A DNA stretch of 64,000 nt. Origin: Lophium mytilinum. Taxonomy: Eukaryota. The stretch spans positions 1,491,673 to 1,555,672 of the forward strand of contig MU004188.1 in the NCBI GenBank assembly GCA_010093605.1, read 5' to 3'. Position numbers and translations under genes: made by a program. The notes under the pieces were generated by a model. It was not told the DNA's origin and made no database searches. It saw only the letters and a list, made by a program, of their open reading frames with translations. Every line of letters starts with the position of its first letter. Within the stretch, counting starts at the first letter, position 1. This document shows positions 1-13,942 of this stretch, piece by piece.

Positions 1-94
1 AAATGAACTCCCCAAAGCCCGCCCAATTTCATGAAAAAATAGTCTTCGTCTGTTTTCGGCCAATCTTTGTTGCCTGTCTATGTTCACTCGTCGT

Positions 95-3007
95 CTACTG
101 GCCGATGTTGCTCATCCTCCCGTGCAGTGGGCGCTGGATGGGCTGAGCGTACTTCGACACTGGGACCATGTCGTTTGGGAGCTCCTGCTCGCCGTTGACG
201 CTCTCGTCGTCGAGCTCGACGATCTTAGTCGGGACATCTGGGATGTCGTCCTGCTTGTATGGCTGTAGGCTATGCCTGTCCGGCGTCGTCGAATTGCTGA
301 CCATCGACAACGATGTGCTTGATCGGTTGTTGTGGATCAGATCTGGAGTAGGAGGGATGCTTGAGTTGCGGTTTGGGTGCAGGTAAGAATCCTCCTCTCC
401 AAAGTCACTACCCCGGCTGGAATGACGCTCGTGGCCGTCCTGGGAGGCCGAGGAGTGGCGCTTACGCCTATCGCTATGGTTCCCGTCTTCGCTATCTGCC
501 TTTTGGGCAAGTTGCAGACCTTCCACGGCTGCGGCGCATTGCTCCGAGATGTTTCGGATGATGTATGCTATGGCGTCGGTCTTGTCCCGGAGATGCCTGT
601 CGGCAACATCTGCCATGCTGAGAGTAGAGTAACGTTTCCGTGAAACGGGGCTGTTGAGTAAGCGGGACTCCATGTCAGGGGAGACGTCTTCGCCGTCAAG
701 GTGCTTGCCGTCAACGGTGCTCGCGCGGCTGAAAGCTCGGGACGAGACGCGAGATTCCACGCCGGCAACACCGCGGATCGTCCCAACTTCAGAGGTATCC
801 TTTTCATCTGGGTGCTCGAACTCCTCTTCGGCTTCCTCTGGAACATCCTCGAAACCTTCCTCAATGTAGTTTGTCAGTTCTGGGGTGGTGTTGAGTGACT
901 TGACAATGTGCTCCATGTGGTGAGTCTGTCCGTCAATCAACGCGCGAAGGTGAAGCACCACACGCTGAGCCTCATCCCTCTGTCGTTGGATGGTGCCGTT
1001 GGTGTGTTGGAGCGCAGAAAGATCCTTCTTGTTGCGCTTCCTCTCACGCTCGAGCTCCTCGGCAATTTCTTGCTGCAGGACCAAGGCCTCCAGGGCATCG
1101 TCACGCTGCTTCTCCGTTCCAGAAAGACGGACAGTGAGGCGAGCAGTGTCATCCTTCTGTTGATCAATAAGACCAGTAAGGCGACGATTCTCGCGCTTGT
1201 GGCTCTCTATCTTGATCTTGAGGTCCTGGGTTTCCTTGGTGAGCTGCTCAGCAAATGCCTGGAACTTAAGGAACTGCTGCTTCCAACTCTCCAACTCCTC
1301 AACCAAGAAGTTGTTTCTCTTGGAAATTTTGGAGACCTCAGTGTCCATGCGAGTCTTGAGGTTGATGAAGTCTTGCCATGCCTCCATCGCATCGCGAGAG
1401 TATTGGTTACGCTCACGAACAATCTCGTTGAGATGCCTCATCGACACCTTGGTCATCAGTGGCTTCTTGACTGTGCCGCCGAAAATAGCCTTGACTCCGG
1501 TGTTACGACCCTGTAGTGCAGAATTAGCTTCTCCGTAATTGCGATATTGGGGCATTCAGCACGAACCAATTTCTCGCACACGTGGTCCATGACCGTCATA
1601 ACTGCATCTTGATTCCACCAGTCCGGGTCCTGGATGCTCTCCACCTCACCACGCATCACAATAATCTGACCAGCGGGGATCAGCTTTCCACCTCCGTACG
1701 CGGAACGCAGATGCGGTGGAACTCCAGTTGGTGCCACCTCCCCATTGAGGGCCTGGGTGAGACGGTTAATCATCTTAGTTCGCTGGCCAGGGCTGAGCGC
1801 AGTCGGGGGGCTGGACGTCAACACGAAGTTCCGGTCCAAGTCGACGACCAATGCATCGGTAGGGGCGGTGAACAGGGTGCGGCACTCGGCCGTGATACCA
1901 AGAATGTAAGGGCCAGGTTCCTGCACCAAGTCCTTAACGTGGCGTGCATGAACCACGGGAACGTACAGACCGCTCCATTCGTACACTCGTACAGAGAAAC
2001 GAACGGTTTCCGCAGCAATGGTGAGCATTGCTGGGTAGTGGCTCACGAAAATAATGCGTCGTGTCGGTGAAACGGCTGCCTCAAGCACACCTACGATGTT
2101 AGGGATGGACAAGCACATGAAGAGTGGCCACATGGCGAAGTTCTGGAATCCGGTAGGCGAGGACGGGAATTGGTAGCACAGAGCGTAGTCCTTCATGTCG
2201 ATACGCACGAGGTCGTTGAGCCTAGGGGCTGGGAAGCTCAGGATTCGGGAAACTTCCTCGGCGTGGAACAGATTGGTGGCCTTGTTCCAGTGGATCCACA
2301 TGCCGCGGAGGTAGTCGCCGAGCAGGTTGTACAGCGGGTACCTGGAGAGAAAGCTCAAGCAGTAAGGAATCCAGTAGGTCTCCTCGGTGGTGTCGAAGAA
2401 ATCAGGCTCGGTACGCTTGCGAAGATCGCGGATCGTCTCAGCTCTTTTCTCGTCGGCCCTGGACCAGACGCGGAGGGCAATGCCGTAAAGAGTGTGGGAC
2501 GAGTCTTGCTGGAGAACGAAGGAGTGGTGAACGCAATGCGGCTGGCTCTTCCCAGTGCAGATCTCGACATCGTGGGGGAAGCAGGCCTGGTACCATGAGT
2601 CTCTTTGCTAGATAGAACGGATTAAGAAATGAGACACCAACCTTCATAGCCGCATGGAGCGACCTTGCAATCTCGTTGTCTTGTTCGAGTCGAGGGCTGC
2701 TCCCGAGAATCTCTGGAAGCCAGAAAGTACCGACAGCTCCCTTCATGTGGCCAATCTTGCCCTGGCTGGGCGACGGTGCCTTGACCCATTGAGACGGCTC
2801 TCTTCCAACACCACATACCATGTAGGCGTGGGTCAGAGTTTTGGGTGTCCGCTGGCCGGGCTTGATGTTGAGGGTCGAGGGCAGCGGCTGGGTGATACGA
2901 GAATGCAGCGAAGAAGTCCGGCTGGGGATGATGAGGCTGTTGTCGCCCTGGTCCCGCGTGGGAGGACGCTCGCCGGTGCGAGGACGAAGGCTGAGAGAAG
3001 GTGCCAT
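95..3007 (-). CDS. DENN-domain protein (putative Rab GEF) with C-terminal coiled coil; 3 exons
   Basis: ORFs 2438..3007, 1456..2358 and 95..1555 join through GT-AG introns at about 2587-2641 and 1512-1567. Spliced product has uDENN/DENN-like segments (ACFPHDVEIC, LYGIALRVW, YWIPYCLSFLSRYPLY, WSGLYVPVV, PGPYILG, VVDLD) followed by a long heptad-rich region. Confidence 0.85.
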
Positions 3008-4857
3008 GGTAGAAACGAGGGTATGAGCTTGACGATACCGAGACGACGTGCAGGTTCAGCTACTGCGAGGCGGGTGGAAGCGAAGGGTGAATAGAACAAG
3101 CACCAGCTTCACCTTGGACGCGTAAAGGGGACAGCTAGAAAGAAACAGAAGTACCTGCAGGCAACGTCTCAGCCGGCAATTGAGGCGACACTGAGGTCAC
3201 GATGCTGGAGCAGGCCGTGGACTGGCACGAGAAGAACGGAGGGCTGGAGGAGAGGGGACGGGGCGCAATTGAGGGTGGTAGGGTGCTGGGTGAAGCTTGG
3301 GGGAGGGCCCGTTAGTGGCTAGTGCCATGCGCCAGTTTCGGCTCGAGGACGTGAAATGAGAACGGACGAGGGCGGCCCTGCAGCAGCATCAGCCGGGGGC
3401 CCCTGGTGGTGTCTGCGCTGATATGGCCTGGCCGAGTACTGCCGGCTGCGCTGTGCCCTGATTCCCCAGGCACGCGCGATTCGGTGCGCCGTGGGATTGC
3501 GTCCCCAGCAGTTCCACCCATCAGTGAACGACTGCTCCACCACCGCCATCCGCAAGGCCTCGACAACGTCTCATATCGAACTACACGGTGCAAAGCAGCT
3601 CGAGTAGGACGGACGAGTCGAGCAAACGACGCGCAGCTGCACGACCTGCGGGCACGCGGCGCGGGGGCATCGGGATCGGCCAGTGTTGGATGCTCAGAGG
3701 GCGTGATACCGAATTGGCGCGCCCATCTGCACGGTGCTGCAAAAGTCGAGCTAGGCCCATCCCAGGGACGTCGCTTCCAGCAACTCCGGGCGTGCTGCGG
3801 GCGTCGACTGTGCGTGTGTGGGTGCTGGCGAATGGGCGGTTTTCCCCATCCGAACCTGCCCCTGATCATCGCTCGGCGCAGAGGCCCGCATCCAGAGCGC
3901 ACTGTGCCCTTCGCGCCTCAAAGCAGCCCTCTCGTCAGTCGTCACGGCTGCGGTGCTCAGTCATGAAGTCTGCTGTGGAGAAGGGAGTCGGCGCCCACCC
4001 GTTGCCGTGCAGGCGGCACAAACAGAGCGCCTCGTCTACTCGCACGGAGGACTACTTGACATGTCACCGTCCCGCGGCGCCGTACCGGCGTGGTGTCCTG
4101 ACTTACGTACCGTGGGTGACTGCTCAGATGTGAAACGACGGGTGGCGGGAGGATGCAGCAGTGCGGGTCGCAGAGGCCGGCACTGGACTGCTGGGAACAA
4201 CGTGGTTCGGAAGTTTGAATGCGCTGGGCAGATCGATAGACGTGAGCTAGCGGCCCACCTGAGAAATTCGGCATCCCGATCTGGTGCTGTACGATGCCGG
4301 CCCACCTCGTCACAGCGAAGTCGCGAGGTTGTCCTGGGACGAGATGCTGGAGATGTGCGAGATTCACCACCACCAACAAACCTTACTGCAGCCACGCATC
4401 CTGCCTCCAGGGTTCCATCCCGTCCCGTGCGGCGGCTGCTCCGGTTCGAGTTCTGGCTTGGCGCGGGGCCCTGAAAAGAAGGAAAATTCGGCAGGGTTCA
4501 GCACCCATCAGGAGCACAAATCGCTGTGGCCGAACACCGCGACCAGCCAGCCTTAGATTGTGCTACCGAGCAGCATCGGGACAGCTGAGATCGAGTCCCT
4601 TCAGCCAACCGTTGTGCCCAAACAGCACTCCCTCGCTGGCAGTGTTTGCGCTTTCGCCGCCGCGTCTTCATCTCTCCACGGCCACTCAACGCCTTGCATC
4701 TAATCTGGCCTCGCTCTGAGTGGTGAAGAGCGAAAAGGCGAAAATTGCTGGACTGCTCTCCACCCCGACCTGCACTGGCCCCGATCCGCGTGCAGTTTGC
4801 GCCGCCTTGCATCCCGAGATCTCGCAGAGACTCCACCAAACGCCCGTCCCCGCCGAC

Positions 4858-6121
4858 ATGGCCGACCAGCCACTGTTGAGCGCCCTGTGCAGCATCTGGT
4901 ACGTTGCAAGCCTGATATAATTACGCCTTACACCACCACCACTCCCTTACCTGAGTACTGACCTGCCCAAGCAACAACAACCCTCCCAAGTACCGCTGTC
5001 CAGGGTGCGCTGCGAGAACGTGCTCCCTCCCCTGCTACAAGCGGCACCAGCAGCGGGCACAGTGCGATGGCAAGCGGGACCCGTCCCGATATGTCAAGAA
5101 GAACCAGCTGGCCACGGCTGCTGGCATTGACCATGACTACAACTTTATTGCCGGCATCGAGCGAGGACTCGACAAGGTTGATAGACTAATGGAAGAGAGC
5201 AGCATTGGCGCTGTTGAACGAAGTACCAAAATGCCAGGTAGGAATAGTAATTTCGAAAAACGCATGCAAGAAGCCGGAGTCGTCGTCGATAGGGCTCCTG
5301 CTGGGATGAGCAGGGAGAGGAACAATCATACGCGTATGGCCAATATCAAGAGCAAGAAGTATGCTAAAATCCCCCCCTCCACTGCTATCGTCTAACAAAC
5401 TGATAGGAGCAAACACCTCATCTGGACCGTGGAGTGGATCTTCGAGGATGAACGACGTCAACTAGGCGAGCTCTCTGAAAACGTGGCACTCTCTGAAGCC
5501 TATAGATGCCTAGTAAAGCAACCACCGCATCCTTCGAAGAAACGCAAACTAGACCCAGAAGTTCCCGCGACCAGCTCCAATCAGCAAAGTGATCAGCAAG
5601 ACCCTACCGCGGAGCCAAAAGATGTACAGCTGAAATCCGAGCCAACTGAGCAATCCGGCCCTCTCCAGCACTCCGGAGCACCATCCGAAACCAGAGCGCT
5701 ACCACCCGAAGAAGGCTCAACCAGATCGTACGATCTCTCCCGCCAGCCCGGCAAACCTTACTTCTATCTCGTGAAACCACACACGTCCAGCGACCGGCGT
5801 GTGCTCGCTCCACTCACCGCGGACGCCCAGCTATCCACCTGTCTACAGAACCGCGTCGTCCTCGAGTTCCCAACCATCCAGATCCTCTCCACGCCGCCGG
5901 AGTCGCTCCCGCCGACCTTCCAACTCGAGTTCGACTACCTCGAGCAGGCGCGCAAAGAGCAGGTGGAGCTTGAGCAGCTGCTGGCGTCGGTAAAGCCACC
6001 ACCGGACGGCATGCCGATCGACGGCGACGTGAAGCCCGAAACCGGTACGACCAGCGTCGCCGACCTCGACGATAAGAAGATCTTGGAGGTGCTACGGCGG
6101 GACCTGGGGACCCGTTTCTAG
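4858..6121 (+). CDS. BCD1: Box C/D snoRNA biogenesis protein, zf-HIT domain (Bcd1/ZNHIT6-like)
   Basis: ATG at 4858 (MADQPLLSALCSIC), an intron, then KYRCPGCAARTCSLPCYKRHQQRAQCDGKRDP...IDHDYNFI (zf-HIT plus Bcd1 motif). Continues into ORFs 5189.. and 5429..6121 (WTVEW, VVLEFPTI). Confidence 0.85.
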
Positions 6122-8045
6122 TGTGCCACTGCGACATGCTGCTGTCAGGCGTGTAACCGCCGGTGAGTGGATGCAGACGCTCGTAGATGACGTCGTGCAG
6201 CTGCAGCACCGCATCCAAACCTCATAGTCATGTGGGTGACGGTACTGATTGCGCTGCAGCTTTCGCGCGTAGTTGCATGATATGTACATGTACTTGTGGT
6301 TGATGAACAGCTGTACTCGTAAGCGATGGAGGTCCAGCCACGCCATGTTTTGTGTGGCGAGCTGGAGTATGCGATTGCCGCTGCTTTGGTGTGTTGGCGT
6401 AGCGCGATCGGCCCTGCATGCGCTACATCTAGATAAGCCTTCTGGGGAAAGGCGAAGCGAGGATCTGGAAGCTTTTGGCATTAGATGTGTATCGTGAGGG
6501 ATGGTGCAGGGCAAACTCCTGGCGCGCTAAAAAATATGGCTCCTTGAGCGCATACAGTAGTTCCGGGTGGGTACTAGTACAGCATTGACCCTCGTCTGTC
6601 TCCATAAATTAATTTACAACAAACTCGACCGTTTACAGTAGCTTTTAGAGAGGCGTCTGAAACGTCAGGTCTCTTACCCACAGCTATATGTTCTTGTCAA
6701 TATAGACTAGCTGCGTTGTGATGCATGGGTATGCACCGGGGCAGCTATCGTATCTTCACTGCTTCAGTCGTTAATCGGGTCTATCATATATCTACTAACG
6801 GAAGCGTTCTTGGGGCACACACATTTCTCGGATGAGCTATCTCCCATCTGAAATGGTCTACACCCTCTTTGAAATGGAAATATAAACTGGTAGGGTTGTA
6901 GATGCTCTCCTGAGTCGACATATAATCCTAAATAGATATTGGATATGATTGCCAACCTGCATCTAGAATCCTACATCTTACATAACGTTACTCTCTGTTT
7001 ACCCGCATAGTCCAGATGCAGTACCTCCTAGCGGACTGAACAGTGTTGGATTCAGAGTACAGTAGGATGGTTTCCGTGCCTGCTTAAGGTACAAACTATA
7101 AACCAGTCGTCAAAAGACCCTGTGATTCAGACCGACAACTTCAAGTCATTCTCCACACGTCAAGAACCAGACGCTTGAAGTACCTTTGTACAGTGACAGG
7201 TCACAAGTCTAGACACACTGCTTCGCCACTGCTGGGGGTTCCCCCGCACGATTTCGACGACGACTCAAGGGTGACGTCGAGGTTCAAGCAGTGCCTCTCG
7301 ACTATTCTAATTAGCTGCTCAGCAGCCAGGCCACCCCAACAGCGGCGTCGAGTGAGCAAGTTCGCTCCAAGCTAAATTAAGTCTATATACCTAAACTTAT
7401 AGCCTAGTACTGTATACACGTCCGAACCTGAACAGTAAACCGCGAAGATGCTTTAACTGGACAAAGGCTTCAGAGAATAAAGTCATGCTCGACAGTGCTG
7501 AACGTCCACGGTCTCGGATTCGCTAAATTGTAGTAGAGGTCGGCTTGGCTTCTCTTTTCAGCTGATGTACAGCTCTCTTCAAGCTTTTTGCAACCTTACC
7601 GCGTGAAATTGAATAGGCCGATAGTATTGCTGTTTAAATGACAATAGTCTCGCCCCCCCTAAAATAAAGATACGTACGTTCTCTTCTTAGCTGGACCCCG
7701 CAAAGACTCATCCACCGCTAGCCCCTTTCAGGAGTCTCCAATCAAGAACTCAACTATTTCGAGTCTCAAAGCCTTCTAGCTGCGAAACGTCAAAGGACTC
7801 CATTCTCTATCAGGCGCGCAACATCTAGGGGCCATGCTAGACGTATCAGAAACCCTCACTTTGCTCACGGCGGGTCCGGTGAGCTACAAAAGCCAAAACC
7901 CTTCTCATTCGAATCTAGTAATATCCAACCTTTCCCCAGTGATACAACCTAGCCTACTCCATAAGCCGCCCAAAAAGCCGGGCAATATAACAAGTACCCC
8001 ACAAACCCCATGCCTAACACTCTCACCCCTATATACGAAACCTAA

Positions 8046-11000
8046 CTACATAATATCATTCAACACATCCCTCAACAGCGGGCGCGACCCCAACAGCCCC
8101 CTCCTCCCCACCTTTCCCACATTCCCCGGCGTCTTCAGCCCCTGCGAGCCGCGCTGCGGCCTCGTCTTCGGATTGCTCGACACCTCTCCCAGCACGCGCC
8201 TGCTCGCTTGCGAGGGCGTCTCCGGCTGGCTCAGCGTCCCACTCATCTTCTTCGTCGGGGTCTTCGCTTTCTTCCTCGGACTCGGCGACGGGCCGCCCTG
8301 TCCCCCCGCTCCAAAAGCAAACGGACTGCCGTCAAACGAGTGCCCTTCCAAGCTCTCTTTACTGAGCGCTTTGACCCACCCCCTCGCCTCACAAATCCCG
8401 ACCAGCTTGCCGAGTAACTCGTTGGACCGCAATGTTTTCGCGGATCCAATGAGTACCAGCTTCTTCCTCGCTCGTGTCAGCGCTACATTGATGCGCCTGT
8501 AGTCCTTCAGTAAGTCGCCCACGTTATTCGAGTTGTTGCTTCGCACAAACGACACAATGATGACGTCCTTGTCGCGGCCCTGGTATTTGTCTGCCGTGTC
8601 GAGCTCGATTCTGCTGAGCCCGGGGCCGGCGAACCCAGAGCTGCCGAGGCCTTGGGTGGACGCCGTGCTGTTCGTGCCTTGGAGATTTGTTCGGAGGAGC
8701 TTGAGCTGCGAGTTGTAAGGAGACACGACGCCGATGTCGTCAGGGCTGATTCCCGCGGCGAGAAAAGTGGCGGCGAGCTGGGAGACGATGCGAGCTTCGA
8801 CGTCGTTGGTGGTGCGTGCACCCTGAGCGCATTCGAGGTCGGTGCCGAGAGCGTCGGTGTCGAGGAAGAGGACACGGGTGCACGGGTCGAGGGTGCGAGC
8901 GATGTGGCAGGATGGCGAGTTCGAGCTAGGACAGATGGCTGAAGGAGACGAGGTCTGGAGAGGGCGATGGAGAGATGCTAGTACCCTTGGATTGGGGATG
9001 GAAAGGACCTGGCGAGCAACGCTTTGATCTCCGCACTTCATGCGCCCGTCGTATATCAGCTCATTGGAGAGGCTCATGATATCGGCGCTCATGCGGTACT
9101 GGCTATTCAGCGTGGCTACTGCTTCAGGATGGCGCTCGCTCAGTAACCGGAAGAGACTCATGTCAAGCCCGCCTTCTGCCGCCTGCTTGTTCTTGACCAG
9201 TGGTGGAAGTTGAAAGTGGTCGCCAACCAACACAAACGTCTTTGCCATTCGAATCGGACCGAGGCAAACTGGAAGTGTGACTTGTGACGCTTCGTCGACG
9301 ATGCAATAGTCAAAGGTTCGGCGCGAGAAGAGTGGATGAGATATGCTGAGACAGGTAGTTGCAACAACTGGAGGCTCCATCCAGCTCCTCTCCAGGGCTT
9401 CTAAAGATTCTTGTGGCTCAGCAGCTAGAGTAGCGAAAGAGCGTACGTCAGGATGAACCTTAGATGGTAGTCCGAGACGCAGAATCCCGATTTTGTTGTG
9501 GCGAATCTTGAGAAGGATGTTGTCAACAGCAGAGTGTTGGTAAGATGCCAACAGGACGCTCTTCCCTCTTGCAACGAGCGATCGAATGATGTGTGCAATG
9601 GTCCAAGTTTTACCTGTCCCCGGCATACCTAGTACCAGCGCGTAGTCCTGTGCCGCCATGACCTTCTCAAGCGCATCCTTTTGGCCAGAGTTGAGTGCAG
9701 ACTGGCTAGGAAGTAGGTAGGCGCTCGGGCTAGGTTTGAAGACCGGGGCGGCGTCAGCGATGATGAGGGAGCGGAGATTAGACGCTCGGTAGACACTGTC
9801 ATCCATGATCTGGATGAGATTGTTACGAACATCAGCCATACCCTTGCTGAACTCGTCTTTATCGAGCCGAAAAAGGATTGGCTCGGCTTCAGCTTGCTGG
9901 GAAGATATGGGGGTTCTCCGCTTTGAGACTTCCATTATTCCAGCGAATACTTGGTTTGATTCGGGATCAAACCCACGCTGTCTAGTACGAGCATTGTGGA
10001 GACGTCTGTCTACACCGACAGTGATGCGGCGTTTTCGGACGTTAGTCACATAGCCATTAGCGAGAGCAAAATGACCTTTCTCGTCTGAGACGACGATGGC
10101 TTCGCCGACGGTCAGCTGCGACTCGGTGAAGGAAAACCCAGGAGGCGGCTTCTGTTTGATGAAAGTGTAGGTGAAGCGGTTTATCTTCGCTCCGTCTTGC
10201 TGCTCGGACTCTGATCCGGGCTCCAGTATGACGTTGGAGAAGCAACGTCCTAGCCTTTCGCGCTCAGTGCTCAGCATTGTCCAAAGCTCCGACTTGAACC
10301 TCATCATATCCGACTCTTCTTTTGTCAAGAGTGTGTCCCATTTCTTCATGAACTCTTGATCGGAAGGAGTGAGGCCTCGAACTAGCTGATCAAATTTCTC
10401 CTTTGATACTTGGTCTAGCAGCTCTCCGTTGCCGTCTTCAACGAGTCTGTGGTAGACGAAACATTTTTCCTGGGCGTAGCAATTTCGACAGCCGTAGTCC
10501 TCTTTGAGCATTGGTGGTAGCCGGTGTCGATCGCGAACGTAGTAAGCAAGCTCGTTGCGTTTCATGATTATGTGAATGATATCTCTGCGTACTGCTGAGA
10601 TGCGTTTAATCACAGATGACTCAAGGTAATAGAGAATCCCGGATGCAATATCGATATCTTCTCACAGTTAGGCCATGTCTTTGATTGAAGATTGAAGACT
10701 TACCGTATCGATCAGAGAGGAGCAAGGTGTACAACATAGTCTGAACCTCGTGCGATATACTAGTAGTCTTTCCTGTCTTGAGCTCAAGTGGAACAGTCAA
10801 GACTCGCTCTCCAGACTGGTCCCTCATCACTACTTGGAGAGTAGCGTCAATGTTACCTTTAAGGCCAAATTGAGGCGACACGCCCTTTTCCTCGACATCA
10901 AGTAGCTTAGTAATACTCATAATGGCATGTGAACCATTACGATCTTTGATGATGCTATTAGACTAGTAATGAAGTCAACGTCAGGTTCAATAGAAGGTAG

Positions 11001-13464
11001 GACAGAACTCACTCTCGGCTGAGATCGAACGAATATTTCCGCCCATGATTGTAATTCTGGCAACTTGCTCCTCAAATGCGCCGTAACGGACTCAAGTGAT
11101 TCGCCGATGTCTAAAATCGACTCAAATTGCTTTGGTAAGATCTTGCTGATGCGTTCGTAGAGCCATGCTGTATCCCATCGATTCGCTTTGAGGGCTTCCT
11201 GAAAAATCTCGTGAAGGATGTTACCGTAAAGCATAGAAGCACTTGCCCTACTTGTAGCCTTTACCCGGTCTTGCAATACGGCCTTTCGCGTGCAGTGGAA
11301 GGAGTCGCCAACGCTCGTGGCTGAAACGAGATGATCAGGATGGAGAATGAGCATGTTGTTGTCGTCGTCGACAATACACTGCCCGTCGAGAGAGAATTCA
11401 CCAATAATATGGACAAAAGACTCCGTCGTGCAAGGCGTACCGAGCCATGACTGCCGAAGAACGACCTTGTTCTTTACTTTGGTTTTTTCTTCTTCGACCA
11501 TCAAGACCTATTCTTTGTGAGCGGCGTGCTATACTCTAACAAACGCAGCCTCGTACCTTTTCAGGAAGCAATAATCCTTTTGGATTATTATATTGGCTCT
11601 CATCGACTTTAATAACCAAATAGCGTTGAATCGCTCGCTTGTTTCTTTGACTCTTAAATAACTTAGTTCGTAGTTTCTCATTACTGGAGCTTATATGTAC
11701 ATACAGGATTCTGGCTCGCTAAACTGCCTGTCAATGCCTGAGTAGCCATTGCCTCTGCCGCTGCGAGTTGCTCGTCGTCGAAATCATCTCCTCCAAACTC
11801 ATCGTCAGAAGCGTCGTTGATAGTGATGACCGGTGGCTTCCCCGGGGGTGCAGTGTGATCGTCAGCCACACTTTCCTCTGTCTCTTGAGGCATGGCAGGC
11901 GGCAAGTCGGGTCTCTTGTCGTAAAGAGATACAACGTTCTCAACGTCGGCGGCAAAGACATCATCATCATCCAGTCCAAATTCGTCATCACTGCCAAAAA
12001 CTTCCCCTTTCGTAGACTCAGAGACAGTGGGAACGTTTGGAGGGTGAAGCTGTTGAGCATCTTCAAATGATGTTATACTAGGTGCCATTTGTTGGTTTGT
12101 TTGGTCAACAAAGCTCGCCATCTCGATAGCCTCAACCATGTCGAGGTCGATGTCCTCATCGCCGTACTCTGAGGAATTGGAAGACTTCGGCTGCTCAAAG
12201 GCAGTATCCCCATGAGTCTCTCTAGGTGATTGAGCATGTTCAGGGCCGTCTGCCGGCCTTGATGCGACCTCAACGACTTCCCGGCGTCCCACGGCCATTC
12301 GCTGCAAGGGAGAAGCTGACGGATATGCCTGGAAATCTCCGGAATCGGGTAATGGAGACGAGCTCGATGGCATGCTTGACATGTTATGGCGAGGGGGCTT
12401 GGCCATGGTCTTCTGAATTCGTTCGACTAGGAGGCCCACCTTGGACAACTTTGACTTTCCATGTAAAGGACCGTCTGTACTTCGTATTTCAGATACATCT
12501 TCTGCACCAGTCTTGTCTTCTTTAAAAGCGCCCTTGGTCCTCCTCCTCTTGGCAGCTGAGGTTGGCCATTCCACGCCACAGCTCGCCCACCTCCGGAGGC
12601 CGCTCACACTTCCTGCGGTCGCTGAAGAGTGAGGCGATGATTCGTTGATGAGGTTTGCGAATGCGATGCCCTTGTTCGCCGTTGGCGTGCCTTTGTTATT
12701 GCTAGTGTTTACGGTGTAGCGGTTCCACAGGTCGGCAGCTGGATCTGCCTGGGGAGTCTTCAAAGATTGCTCCATACCCTGCATATCTAAAGGGTCCTTG
12801 GCGGGGAAGAAAGCCGATGGTTCGGTCTGTGACGGCGCTGGGGAAGAACTACGTGCGCGTTTCTTACTGCCCTTCTTATGAGGCGCGGGTGTGACGGTGC
12901 TGGAGCTGCTGGGTGACTGAAGGTTCCGCCAGTACAGCTGTTCGTCTGGGGAATTGTTTCGAGCGGTAGCATGTTTTGAGGCATCTTCCGAATTGCCTAC
13001 CAGATCTGCCAATGGTAGTCGTGTTGCTGGTGTCGATGGAGGACAGGTCTTAGAGTGGAGAAGCCTCGGTGTCTCTGTTGTCTTTTGCGATGCCTCTCCT
13101 TGTGACTTGGGCATGGCCTCGAGTTCTTCAAAGGCCTCGTCATTCCGATCATTCTCTTTGTCTCCATCCGCATTCTCGTCCTCCATTGGTGGCACGGCGG
13201 GCGCTCCTTCGATGAACTGGTATTTCTTGAGCTTTGTCCTAGACTGGGTGGAGGCAGTAATTGGAGGTCCCGTCATGGCGTCTGGCTTGTGATTGTTTGC
13301 TCGAGAAACATCATTCGCGCTGCGGGTTCGGTTCCATTGAGGGCGTGGTCTGCTCTTGAACACTGTTAGTATGGCGTTGAGAGTGAGAGTGAGGGTGGGG
13401 AAGTGAATGGGCGTACTTTCGGTTTCTGGTCCTGGTCAAAGAAGGACTTCTGGCGGGTTGACAT
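8046..13464 (-). CDS. DNA2: DNA replication ATP-dependent helicase/nuclease Dna2; multi-exon
   Basis: Nuclease motifs KGNIDAT...ELKTG; Fe-S cysteines (FHCTRK and CRNCYAQEKC); Walker A GMPGTGKT; DEASQ, VGDHFQLPP, QYRM, QGRDKD, RRINVALTRA. Long disordered N-terminus (ORF 11681..13363). Probable first exon MSTRQKSFFDQDQKPK from 13464. Confidence 0.95.
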
Positions 13465-13942
13465 AAGGATGATTGTCCCGCTATGTCGGAGAGGGGGGTG
13501 GGGAGATGGGGTTGCTGGTTAAAGGTGTGGTGGCCTGGGTGGTGTGGGAAAACGCGAGACGCGTGAACTGAACGGAAAAGTCCGTGCATATCGCGAAACC
13601 TAGATTCAGCCTTAGGATAGAGCTCTATTCACCGGGCAACATTGGAGCATAGATGCTACAAGGCTCACAAGCAAATTCACACACTAATGCATTGTGTTCA
13701 TCGTAGGTCAATTGCTATCTATCAGTCAGATACCGTTCCGACGTCACCAAAAGAAGCAATTCCGGAGAAAGGGAAGGTTTGAATTGTTTTTAGTGTTTGC
13801 GGAGTAGAAGCTTGGACCGCCGTGCGAGTCCTCCCCATCTAGCCATCCCACCCTGCAGCGTGAAATACCTCACATCACTTCCCCCCTCCCAGGCCTCCCT
13901 CACCCATCTCCGCTCTCTCACCTCTCAAAGGAAGCTCGCATC

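Noticed and set aside
3100..4850. Many overlapping 100-200 aa ORFs on both strands
   Set aside because: Arg/Pro/Ala-rich translations with no motifs, as expected by chance in a GC-rich divergent promoter/5'-UTR region between the DENN gene and BCD1.
7834..8502. 222-aa plus-strand ORF with a hydrophobic stretch
   Set aside because: Antisense shadow of the DNA2 3' end.
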